DNA of 64,000 nucleotides from assembly GCA_004764695.1 (NCBI GenBank), contig SMSO01000014.1, positions 367,648 to 431,647 of the forward strand, written 5' to 3'. The notes beneath the pieces are model-generated. The model was not told the DNA's origin, did not search any database, and was given only the letters and a program-made list of their open reading frames with translations. Positions 40,816 through 52,400 of the stretch are shown here, piece after piece. Made by a program: the position numbers and the translations under genes. How positions within the stretch are numbered: position 1 is the stretch's first letter; each line of letters starts with the position of its first letter. This DNA is from Schizochytrium sp. TIO01 (taxonomy: Eukaryota > Protista > Bigyra: Labyrinthulomycetes).

Positions 40816-41710
40816 AGATGACCTTGGCGCGGGTTTTGCTCTGGACGAGGATGCTGGACTTTTATTGGATGAAGCTCTAGATGATGACTTATTTGACCCA
40901 ACCGACGAAGCAGAGTTTGCACATCCGCAAGATTTAGCAAAGTCGCGTTTTGATACTCTCAAAAGCTATATTGGTCAGCAGCTTCGTGATAAGGGCGTAA
41001 GTCATGCAAATGTGAGCGCAGAAAATTTTCTCGAAAGTGAGAGAAAACGCCTCGAGCACCGTCATGACATGACAGGTGAAGAAGTAGCAGCCGTAGCACT
41101 TTGTAAGCGCGCAGAAGCCAAAGCTGCAGCGCTTAAGGATTATGCTCACGAGCTAGAGGCCAAATTGGTATTAGCCCATGATTCCTCTATAAGACTAAAT
41201 GAAAGAGTGCAGGTGCTTGAGGTTCAACGCGTGCTTCTGGGTATGCTAGTAGGGATCACAGTTCCAGCGGTTGTTGGAGCAATCTTATCGCATCACTATG
41301 CTCTGCATGAACTAGAAGCAACGTGGCTTGTTATTGCAGCTTGGTTGCTAGGTCTTTACTTCCTTCTTTATGCTCTCTTTCGGCTTATGCAGCGGCTTCG
41401 AACCACGCTTGACGAAGCTGAACGAGAAGAAGATGAATCCAAAGTAATCAGAACATCCTCAAGCTCTAGTGTCAAAATACCTTATGATGCAAGCAGCCAT
41501 GATTTGCCCAATCTTTCTAAGCAAGCTAGCGCCAACTCCAAGGAGCGAGGCCTGCCAAGGACGTCATCCTCTCATTCTGGATTCACTGTAAACTCTGCCC
41601 CAATTCAAAGGCTAAATTATTCTCACGATCAGGAGTCACGCTCTGTGCAACCACGCGTGACACGGCGCCGGCGTCGACCGCGTGCCCCCAGTCAAGAAAT
41701 TGTTGTATAG
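40764..41710 (+). CDS. C-terminal part in the +1 frame: acidic tract, coiled coil and two transmembrane helices
   Basis: SSSEDEDDLG..., coiled coil AKAAALKDYAHELEAKL..LNERVQVLE, TM1 VLLGMLVGITVPAVVGAIL, TM2 WLVIAAWLLGLYFLLYALF. No ATG before the acidic tract, so unlikely to be an independent gene. Confidence 0.65.
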
Positions 41711-43260
41711 AAAACTATTTAGATGTGCCACTCAACCTTTAATGAGTTTATAGTACTGTATATGGTGTATAGTTTTTTCTACTGAAATAAGGAATGCCCT
41801 TGCCAAGAGCTGTGACGGTGAAATCTTGGTGGTCTTCAATGGAGACCGGCGATATCTGATTTGGTAATCACGGCTATAGAATACGTGCTTTTCTGACTTT
41901 TGATTGCAAGTTGAAGTAAATAGCTAACCAACCAATATTTGCTAAAGTACGAGATGATTGTGTTTATAGTGATTGGTGACAACAACTAAGACTTCGAGGC
42001 AAAATAGCCTTTTTGGCATAGCCTCCCCATAACACCCCCTACGCCGTACAACGAGAGAAGAAAAAGAGGAAGAAGAAGAAGAAGAAGAAGAACGAAAAAA
42101 AAAACAAAAAAAAACTCATGGTGGATAATATATTTTGAGTAATATCCGAATATGATGAAAACTATTGTGTACATTGCTTGACCATATTGATATGCATAAC
42201 AGTCCACATATACATGCTACAGTAAATCATCGCTCATCTTAAAGCTTAAACATTTAACTTAATGTTTTTGCTTTGTTGATGCCTCAGATGACTTGCTCGA
42301 TACGATCCAAGTGACCAAAACGGATCAATAGGTGCCCAGTTTCCCACGCTATTTTTTCTTCTTTCTTTATACGTGACTTCGTAAAAGATTGAGGAAAAAA
42401 CAAAAGTCCATGTCAAATAGTACTCTTCGTGGCCCCTTTCTAATTTAACCAAGCCCTACTTACGTGAAGTTGTTGAGCGCTGTTAATACCAACCATCTGC
42501 TTCCCCTCCACCCCTCCCTTGGTCACAATAGGAAAGGCTATCCAAGCCTGTTCTGGGGAAGCAAAGCACCGTACCATTACATTATAAAGAGTGTATTCAT
42601 CCCTAAATTCCGTAGGGGTAAACGAGATGGCTGTGTTGTACACATAGCTGCATGCTTAGGGGTTTAGGCAATTAAAAAAAAATGATGAGTCTATTTAGTG
42701 CACCAGGTCACTGTCCTTCTCTACGTTTCATTAGAATAACATTTATTTACATGCGTTAGATACGAGTGTAGAGCATGCTTTGGTGAGTTTCCGACGATCT
42801 TGTAATGCAGAGGTATACTCGAATACATAAGCTAAACACTAGCAGAATTCCTTGACCAACCCACATCTAGCCAGTACCTGACCTTAATTTGACATTTTCC
42901 CGTTCACCTTTCAAAGAAATCATTCCGGCTGACCAATAGAGACTGACTTGAAGTATAAAAACTTTGGAAATTGACTTGACCAGGCACATACTTTATGCAC
43001 GAAAAACGTGCTTCATTCCTTTTCACAGGTTGGTGAGCCTCTTTGCGACTGCATGTTTTCACATGTACTCTCATAACTTCATCTAAACAACAAAAGGAAA
43101 AGAAAAGTCATTCGCAGGCTTGGGTAGATTTCAACAAATACCAAACCTCATTCACACGAAAATCGCACGAAGAATCTGATCCGTCGTGGTCCAAAGAAAC
43201 TACTTCTCGAGAATTTATCTTTAAAGAGATTCGATTGAGTTTTCTTTCGTCAGAAAGAGA

Positions 43261-44025
43261 ATGGCAACTTTTCCAGGCCTTCGCGAAAGATCGATGATGT
43301 GCGGAGCTCAGCCTGTAACTATGAGTAAAACGAATGAAGATATCAACAACGTTGGGCCAGAGACCTCCAGCATAGACAAGCCTCGGTCACGCGAACGCTT
43401 TGAGACAGAGCAGATACTGTCTAATTCATTTCTCAAAGTTCAAGAAAAGGCGGCGACCCTAGAAAGCACCATGAGTAATTGTCATCACTGGAAGCATGAC
43501 ATGCAAGAAAAGATCGAGTGCATAGTGGCATCAATCCAAAACTACGCCGCAAGACCTGAACTTGGCAACCGAAAATCAGCATCAAGGACCTGTACCTTCC
43601 ACACTGATGTCATTGAACTTTCCAGTAAGGTTTCCAAATTAGAACATGAAAAGCGTGCAGAGCTGGAAGATATTCGAAGCCTCAAATTGCAGCTGGTTGC
43701 TCTTCAAAGTGATCTGGCGACTTCCTCTTGTGATGCAAAGATCGACCAGAGCCTAGATGCGTATGAAGCACTATCGATGCACGCCCACAAAGACGAAAAG
43801 CCTCAGCTCGAAACCTTGTTGGAAAACATGCAGCGAAGAATTAATTTCTTACAAAAAGAAAGGGCTATGCTTGTCAACAAAATCCAAGAGTTTACGGACA
43901 TTGATATACGGTACGTACTTCACCTCCGAGCCAATCGAGTGCCGCACCTAGGAGCTCGCCTTTTCGAGGACTCTATGAAGACCCACCGAGCAAAAATCCT
44001 AGAACAAAGTAGCTTTAAACTCTAA
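43261..44025 (+). CDS. Hypothetical coiled-coil protein (254 aa)
   Basis: ATG-initiated ORF with heptad segments (LSSKVSKLEHEK..LKLQLVALQSDL; LETLLENMQRRINFLQKER). Confidence 0.6.
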   Translation: MATFPGLRERSMMCGAQPVTMSKTNEDINNVGPETSSIDKPRSRERFETEQILSNSFLKVQEKAATLESTMSNCHHWKHDMQEKIECIVASIQNYAARPELGNRKSASRTCTFHTDVIELSSKVSKLEHEKRAELEDIRSLKLQLVALQSDLATSSCDAKIDQSLDAYEALSMHAHKDEKPQLETLLENMQRRINFLQKERAMLVNKIQEFTDIDIRYVLHLRANRVPHLGARLFEDSMKTHRAKILEQSSFKL

Positions 44026-44967
44026 AATTACCATTTCTTATCATTTTGAAGTTTCTAGCAGGTATATTCAAGAATATTTTTTTGTTTTTTTTTAAAGAAA
44101 ATGCTCGAAATGAAACAAAGACACCTGTAGAAGCTTTTTGAGTAAATACATCATTCCAGGAGACCATGTCTCCAATGCTCTGTTAAAATCATTGGAGAGG
44201 ATTAAAACAGCCCCATTCTACAACGATAAAATTAAATCATTTTACGCGAACCAGCAAATATATCGAGATCTTCGGCACACCACAACTACATAACTTTTAA
44301 AATGGACGACTTTTCCAGGCCGTTGAGTTGCATCCCATGCCTTGCAGAGAATCCCTCTAATGATTCTCGCAAGTTTTTTAAAGACTTCTTCCTGGCCGGG
44401 TGTTTAGTGGATCTATTCATCTCGAAATCGATTCAATTTGAAGTCAAACTCAAAACCTGGGCAAGAGTTGTTATTTTGGATACCGCTCAGAACGGACGCA
44501 AAGGCTTAAAGAGGAGACACACATTTGATAGAAATGATCAAATTCTTTTTGAATGAATTTGATTAGTCTCCTATCCCAGCCTGCGACCGTGATCGAAAAC
44601 TTCACTCAACCGAGTGACAAGAAAAAGAAAACGCATTGACAGACAGAAAACATGTCCCATTGCATTTACAACAGCCTCTCAATCTCATGATTCTGCAATC
44701 TGATACATATTATTGGACTTGGCATGTCGCTGCAAGATTTCTAGACTCCCTACGTAAACTTTGAGATTGTATATTCTCTTAGTACACAAGAGGGATAGGC
44801 GAAAAGGCAGAGACAAGAAGTAGCCATTCAACAAAACACGGTTTTGTGTTGCGATTGGCAGACATTATCAATAGTTATTCTGATAAAGAGGTAGAGAAGG
44901 AAGTGATTACTTCGTTTGCAAGGCACAAAAGAAAATTGTTGCGTCCTTATTACCTAACATAAAGCAC

Positions 44968-45876
44968 TTAGGCAATCTCAAGCTTGCCGGACTTGGGGGC
45001 AGTGTAGGTGATGTCGAGACCATCACGGCGAATGATGGAGTCGGCGACCTCCTGGAGCTCGGCGCGCTCGGCCTCAGTGAACTCGATGTCGGAGCCAGCC
45101 TTGGCCTTGAGGTTGGCCTGGAAGTCCTTGAAGTGCTTGAGGTAGAGCTCAGAGACGGTGGCGTCCTTCTTGGCGGTGGCCGGGCTGGAGAGGGCAGCAA
45201 TGGCGGCGTCGATGGCGGTGGTCTTGAGCTTCTTGGCGTCAGAGCCAGTGTAGGCGCCCTTGACGGCAGCGGTGGCACCGGTAACAAGGGTGTTGCGGAG
45301 CTCCTCGCTGAGCTTCTCCTCGGCAAGAACAAGGTTGTCGAGCTTCTTGATCATGTCGTTGCGGATCTCACGCTTAAGACGGTTCTCAGCGCTGGACACG
45401 ATGTGCTTGACGACCTCCTGCTGGGTGTCGAAGAGGCCCTTGATGTCGTCGTAGATGGAGAGCTGGCTCTTGTGGGCCTCGAGGGCGGTCTTGACGGCGT
45501 CGATCTCGGCAGACTCGAGCTTGGCAGTCTCGGTCTTGATGGAGTTCTTCATCTCGTCGAGCATCTCGGCGATGAGGGGGCCACCACGGGAGTAGATGGT
45601 ACCGCAGAAGATCACCCAGAGGGCGAGGATCTGGGACTCACCATCGATGTGGTAAAGACCAGAGAGGGTGGCAAGGGTGAAGCCACCAATGGTGAGGGGC
45701 ACGAAGCGGGTGGGGTCATCGAGCTTGTACTTCTCGACGAGAGAAGGGGGGAGAGGGGCCTCCTTGTCCTCAGTGGGGCGGGAGCCGTGAAGGTTGCGGA
45801 TGCCGGCAACCTGGGTGCTCTGGGGGAGAGCGCGGCTCAGGGGCCGGGCAGTCTTTGCTGCGAATGTGCGAAGCAT
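44968..45876 (-). CDS. ATP4: Mitochondrial ATP synthase peripheral-stalk subunit b (ATP4/ATP5PB-like), nuclear-encoded with presequence
   Basis: Presequence MLRTFAAKTARPLSR...RNLH; two TM segments around LSGLYHIDGESQILALWVIF..IY..GGP; long charged helix; very strong C/G-ending codon bias typical of a highly expressed gene. Confidence 0.78.
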   Translation of the reverse strand: MLRTFAAKTARPLSRALPQSTQVAGIRNLHGSRPTEDKEAPLPPSLVEKYKLDDPTRFVPLTIGGFTLATLSGLYHIDGESQILALWVIFCGTIYSRGGPLIAEMLDEMKNSIKTETAKLESAEIDAVKTALEAHKSQLSIYDDIKGLFDTQQEVVKHIVSSAENRLKREIRNDMIKKLDNLVLAEEKLSEELRNTLVTGATAAVKGAYTGSDAKKLKTTAIDAAIAALSSPATAKKDATVSELYLKHFKDFQANLKAKAGSDIEFTEAERAELQEVADSIIRRDGLDITYTAPKSGKLEIA

Positions 45877-46711
45877 GATTTAGTCGTCACGAACGTAAGC
45901 CCCGTCCAAAGGTTTCTGTATAGTTATAAAAAAGGTATAGATGTAAAAGCGCCACCAAATTTCAAATAATACACACCCATCGACATATGGACGGACACGT
46001 AATAAACCAGTCACCAAAGCAAGTATCAAAATACAAAGGTTAGTCTTCTCGTGTTCTTCCATCTCAATTACAAAAGCATCGCCGCACGGGATACGGTACT
46101 GCTTCTACTCTCATGCCTCTCAATACAAGTGTACAAGCCTTGAAAAAGTTTCGTCTATATATCATTTAACCACCAAAGGAAAATGACGGGCTCTTTGCAT
46201 CGAATCTAATGAAAGCTCATTATTCATCTGGCCTTATCAATAGAGCATATGCATCAACCCAAACGATTCCAGCCACAACAATCTTTCGCAGTTGTTGCTC
46301 CACCCAGCAATATAAATACTGATGGCATGAAGTCAGACAGTCACTACTTATCAAAAAGCAGCGTAACCGCGAAAAAAATCCTGGCCTCAAGGCGTTCCAC
46401 CACACCTCCAAAAAGCAGGCATCCTCATCGCCATGACTGCCCTCTGCACTTCAGATGTCCTGGATGACCTCCTCTCCCGCGCTTCTGCAATGTGCTTTCG
46501 ACCACATTCCAATACACGTCATTCCATACTTTCTCCTAAATATTATATCTATATTTCCTATGTGTAGTAATACACATCATATACATACAATAAGGAGGCG
46601 AAAGTTAACGAAGACGCGCGCCATGCAGCCCTGAGCAGGAACCTGGTACCCAAAGAAAGCGTCTTCGAGACGTCTAGATACCCTTTGACGAAGCCCGGTG
46701 CTCTTATCTCC

Positions 46712-47020
46712 TCACCAGGAGTTGAGAAGAGGGCAACATGGAGCGAAATTGTGCGAGAAGGCCAGCGCATGCAGGCGATTATAACATGCATCCAGCGCAT
46801 GGGGCCTGAAGACGGGTCCAGGAGGTCCTGCAGAGGGTAGAAGTGAAGGGTGGAGGGGCAGGAGGGCGGCAGGCAGGGCCCCGCGGCCTCCGCGAAGCGG
46901 CATCCTCGCTCGCGCGCACTCACCTACGCAAGCAGCTCGATACAGATTGACTGCTTCGCAGCCGCAAACCTCGCAGCTTGCACCACTGCCACTAAACTTT
47001 TCAGTGTTGCTCCCTCCCAT
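46712..47020 (-). CDS. Possible small spliced Cys-rich protein (70 aa; intron 46828..46923)
   Basis: TAG|GTGAGT donor, pyrimidine tract and CTGCAG| acceptor; product MGGSNTEKFSGSGASCEVCGCEAVNLYRAACVGPPGPVFRPHALDACYNRLHALAFSHNFAPCCPLLNSW. Confidence 0.3.
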   Translation of the reverse strand: MGGSNTEKFSGSGASCEVCGCEAVNLYRAACVGECARARMPLRGGRGALPAALLPLHPSLLPSAGPPGPVFRPHALDACYNRLHALAFSHNFAPCCPLLNSW

Positions 47021-49313
47021 TGCTACATACACTCTTCCTCTCGGTATCTCTTAATATCAATGCTTTTCTCCGATTTATTCCTCTTTGTCAGCTAAATTAA
47101 AGTCTTATTGCAGGCAGTGCTCATATCACAGCACACTGTGAAAACCTCCTCACATAGTGTGAAAGATTTTGCAGTGACGGAAAAATATGGGTAAGATAGG
47201 GCGAAGGCTATTGAGCGGGCGAAGAGCGCGCAGTGGAGAGCGGGGCAGAAATCTTGTTCTTCTCGATTAAAAGAACGCCATGGGTTCAAGAGAACATACC
47301 TCCATAGGATTGACTAGTGGTTAGCTATGCTACTACCATTACTGCGCAGTAATTGTAGCAAGGACACCTTCTGATCTGATGTAGCTGAGAAAGGTACTTG
47401 GACATACCCTAAGCTGGCTGTCTGTGCGAAGTGGAGTGGCCCGCTTTCAATAAAAGCGACCAAGCATCGCGTTAAATGGGTAGGAACCTACCTCATTGAT
47501 CAATCAAATAGAGCAAATCATTCTGATAACACAACAACCTGAAACAAAATCAAAGCAAGGTGAAAACTTTGTTTTCTAGTAAAGTGAAGTTCCTACACTT
47601 TGCAAATACCTAGGTTCTGCTATGGTAGTCTCAGGTCAGTGATAATGGAAGCGAATATCCATGCGATCTTGAGTTCCTGCACAGCGTGCAGTGTACCTGA
47701 AGCTTGGTGCAATGGTTTCTGGACACAGTAGCAGCATATGCTAGATTCTTCACACAGAAGGTACCTACCCTTTTCAAGCCAAACTTTGGTCATGATAGAC
47801 GATAGCAAAAGGACTAAACATGAAACGACCCCGTGCTAGTCAAGATTTTCATTGCAACCGAGGAGAAGTACTCAGCAGACGTGTGCTTCGAGGTCATTAT
47901 TTTGACACTATTGTCAGACCTGCTAAAGATATGAACGCTTAGCTATTGTGAAACGTCTATCTCAGCGGAGGGGCATTTTCTATCCAAGAAGAAAATCGCC
48001 TTCTCTGGTTATGAAACCCGTCCAGCAACGAAGTTCTGCTTCTTGCATTATAGATCGTCGACCGGTGTTTGGTCAAAACTCACTTTCTGTTCGTGATTTT
48101 AAGGTGTTGTGACATATGAAAATTGCTCGATCCTCGAATGAATCACATCAAGTGATGCACTTTTTGATGTAGGTTTAACTGTAAATGAAATCCGTCGAAC
48201 ATAAAACGCAACTGTTGTTTAACCACTTCATAGAAAAGAAGAGCTTGCGAAAGCTTAGGTTAACATTAAGAGAGCATGCTGCGCTTGGCCACCGCCACTG
48301 ACACGCTGGGAACCGTTTAATCTGCGAAGAAGAGTATTGGGATTTCACTCTTAAGATTATCAAACCATGTCTGCTGAACCCTTCAATTACACACGATCCC
48401 ATCGGTATTCTTTTGTGCTTTGTAAAGTTTCAAATCAACAGTGTTAATAATAAATCGACTCATCATGCATTGGGTAGGATTGACATTCTCGTTCAAGGAA
48501 ATCATAAAATGGTCTAGCAATACGAAGAAGGCCTTCTACTATATATTCCACCAAAAGATGCCATCTTCTTCCTCCAGTATCTAGATATCTGACTCTGACA
48601 ACTGCAACCTGAGCTAAGATTATCATCACGCAGACAGATCTTCTGAACAGTATCCTCTCCACAATCCATCCTTTAGAGTCTTTTCTTGAGCAAGTTTGAC
48701 TTGAAGTTCTTCGCTCATTCGATCCCACTCCTACCTACGTTCAAACTCATTGATGTGCTCCCCTTGTTCCCCCATATTAACTTGCTTGCCTTTTCGCAAA
48801 TGCGCTGTCTTCTTTTCTCCTAGTTGTTCTAATGGCGTTCTGCTGTTCTTTCTTTAGAATTGAGTTCCTTCAAAGTTCTTTCTTTCTTTGGCTTGTGAGT
48901 ATCTCGTACTTAGCAGTTACTCAGCAGTAATTAAGGGGATTTTGATTTGAAAGTTATTTTTTGAAAATGACTAATTTAAATTCGTCGATTGATTGAGATC
49001 AATTGTTTGTCATTCCCGTTATTGACGCGGACTCGCTATCGCCGCGTGACTCCGGCCCCGTCGTGCCGCGAGGGCTAGGGTTCGCCGGATCGATACTAAA
49101 GGCTGAAACGCCGCGTCCGGGGCGGAGCCAGCGGATCTCTGCGTCTGGCGAGAGGGATCCCGCGTGAGACTCGGGCTCGAGGCTGTTAGAGAGTAAGAAG
49201 TGATTGATTAGGTGGGCTTTTCTCTTCTGTTCGGACTTCTATAACACATCAGATAGAAAAGCAAGCAACCGCAACCGCATTTTTACTCTGGCAAATATCC
49301 TCTTTATCTACAG

Positions 49314-49353
49314 CTGCTGCTGCTGCTGCTGCTGCTGCTACTACTGTTGCTGC
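49314..49353. repeat. (CTG)n/(CTA)n trinucleotide tract in the 5' region of the 2017-aa gene
   Basis: Directly visible. Confidence 0.9.
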
Positions 49354-49464
49354 TTTGTGTAATTTAAGGCGTCAAAGAGTACAGATTTCTTGTTGCACCT
49401 TGTCGTTGTTTTGGGGCAAGATCTTGATAAAGTTGGGACTTGAATCGCGTAAATAGACGTCAAG

Positions 49465-52400
49465 ATGACGAAAAGGGTACTTACCGCAGGCATGTGGCGA
49501 CCAAACTCAAGGATTCCCTGCTCAAAGGGCTATTACCTCCCAGGATGCCGGAGCATACAAATTTTCACCTTGGCAATTCTTGCACTAATGACTTCTTTGC
49601 TTTCTACATCAGCATATCGTGTGTCATCTTCAACAGAGCCTGTATGTAGATGTCAAGGTGTGAGCTCTAATTTGCAGGATCTAGTTTGCACAAACTCAAC
49701 ATCAGTCCCAAAGGGCACGTGTAGTATTAATGGTACATATTCTATGAAATGTGACATAAAGGCCGCCACCTGTACATGTGCGTGCTTCGTGGATGGTGAT
49801 GTCAGCTTTGAAGCGCTTTCGTCCATCATCTGCGAACCCTCTGAGCGAGAAAGATCTGCACGATGCCACCTCGGCTGGAGGAGCACAGGCAATATTACCA
49901 TGCACCCTGGATCGCTCATCAAAGTATCAACGTTATGGATGCGAGCCAAGGGAAATATACAGTTACGTGGTGACAGTGCCATTAATGCTACCGGCCTTGG
50001 TCTAGCATTTCGCTCGCTGAAGCGGCAAGCTCTCGTTGGATATGGAGGTAGCAACGGTGGCCGTGGAGGTCTCAGTGCCTGCAGTCGCCCACCAGACATA
50101 ACTAGTCCACAGCTAGGCGATCCCATTGCCCCGTGGCGTGGCTGGGCTGAATTTGACAATGATAATCAAATCATTCCCAAACAAATAAGCGAAGTAGGTT
50201 ATGGATTTGGCGGATCGGTTCTTAATGTGGAAACCCACGCAACAGCTGGCCGAGGTGGCGGTCGTGTATATTTAGAATCTGGAGGCCTTACAACCATTGC
50301 CGGCGCAGTTCTCACTGACGGTATCCCTGCGGCCCATTCTTGTTTGGTAGATTGCGGCTCTGGTGCTGGAGGGACCATCGTCATTAATTCAACTGATTTC
50401 CTAGGCACTGGATCTGTATCTTCTTTCTTGACTGGAACAACCACCAGGATTCCAAGCCTGCATGTGGCAGGGTCCTCTCAGCAAACCGTTGCGCCTTTGC
50501 GGGCTTCCTTGTCCGCAGTAGGCGGAGACGTCTTCCGTGACTCAGCCGGCGCAGGGGGCGGCGGCCGTATTGCCATCATGGCCATTAAAGGTATCCGCCG
50601 CGAGAACTTTGCTGTGCAGGCATATGGTGGTTTAGCCCTAACCACGCTGAATGGAGCTTTGACTGATTCTAGTAATTGCCGTGGTGGAGCAGCGGGTACA
50701 ATCACATCGCTTTTGTACATTCCCAAAGCACAAGTCTTTGATGCAAGTCTTCAAGTAAGCAACTGCCCAGCTTCCGGCCAATGTAATGCACCAGACTTTG
50801 CACAAAGCAGCACGCCGTTGCGTTACCCGGTAACGACCAGCCAGATTCTTATTCGTAGCTTACCTATTGTTTTTACGGCCCTGCAAATCAACAAGTATGC
50901 TCAAGTCAATGCTAGTCTGCTCCAATTCGACATTGTATCTGAAAAACTCGGCAAAATATCCGCTGCAGGTTTTGATCGCACTGATACCGGGATTCTAATC
51001 AATGCAGGTCGCCTGATTAGTGTTCAATATCTACGTACAGCTTCAATGCAATTGGATTCCGGAAGTTCTATTCGCGCTATCAGTGGTAGTCAAGTTGATA
51101 TTGTCGAAGGCGACCTTTCTCTGGACTCCTCCTCAAGCTTTCTATTCTCGGGGCCTATTCGTGTTGACGTCCATGGCACATTTATTCTCTATGGTAACAT
51201 GCAGTCGCAAGACGGCACGGTTGGTGCAATTGGAATGGCTGGTCGCCCACAAACGGTAGATACTGCTCTCATGTCCTTCCTTCAGGTCTTCGCAGCCACA
51301 ATTCGCTTTGAGAAACCCTCTTCCGTCATTAGTGACCGTATTACACTTGTCTCCAATAATACAATCACATTGTCTGGTAAGGTAAGGGCAACGTATATAC
51401 CAGCCTGTGCTCAAGTTGTCAGCCGAAAAGTATGCAAAGATTTTGGCTTTAAAAACGAATGGGGTCTAAGTGCTCAAGATAGGCGCGCAAACCTTGGATA
51501 TCTTGAGGAGATATATTCCAACTATTCTTTGTCTGTACTAGTTCTGAAAAGCCTACCGTCTTTTCATGATGAGTCTATCTTTGCAATGTCGCCTGTGACC
51601 TCAAAAATTGTGCCCAAATCCGTCACAAGCGCCGACCCTGTCGATGAGAGTCACATGTCAGAGTCGACAGTTCATGACCCAGCTCCTGGACCTGCCCCTG
51701 CACCAGCACCCGGTCCAGGGCCTGCACCCGTTCCAAGCCCCATGCCATCCCCCCTACCCCCTACGCCTGCTCCCCCCCCTGTCCCAACGCCACCTCCGCA
51801 CCGCCCTGGCGAGAAGAATGTCACAATTGTTAACCACCTTGTTGTGGACTTGCCTGCTGAAATTACTGCACGAAGTATGTTAATGTGTGCTCCAACAATT
51901 CGAGCGCAAGGTCGAATCTCAGCATCAGGTCAAGGATGTCTGGCTGACTCAGGTCCTGGCGCAGGCTGCACTAGCTCGGCGAGTGCTGGCGGTGGTGGTG
52001 GTCATGGAGGTTATGGTGGACCTGGCGTTGGCTGCTCAGCTCCGGGTAGAATTTACGACTCCGCTCAATCTCCTATTTTGTCAGGCTCTGGTGGTGGAAG
52101 TGGCCTTTCTGGAATTGGCGGCGGTACCGGTGGAGGCGTGATCATGATTGGTGCGACAATGGCACTCCGTATTGAAGGTGAGATTTCCAGTGATGGCACG
52201 AGTGGAAGTGGTCAGGACTTGAAACGAAGGTCCGCAGGGGGCGGAGGCTCAGGAGGCTCTATTCACATTGATTCCCCAAGTATTTGTGCTCTGGACAATG
52301 GTCCTGGGCGCCTCTCTGCGCGCGGAGGAAGTGGAGGTGCGGGCGGCGGAGGTGGTGGAGGTGGTGGTAGAATATCTATCAACTTTGCCGATGAGTTTTC

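Noticed and set aside
42655-42668. TTAGGGGTTTAGG telomere-like sequence
   Set aside because: Only two imperfect units; compatible with chance.
45133-45969. 278-aa antisense ORF over ATP synthase subunit b
   Set aside because: Expected shadow ORF from strong C/G third-position codon bias.
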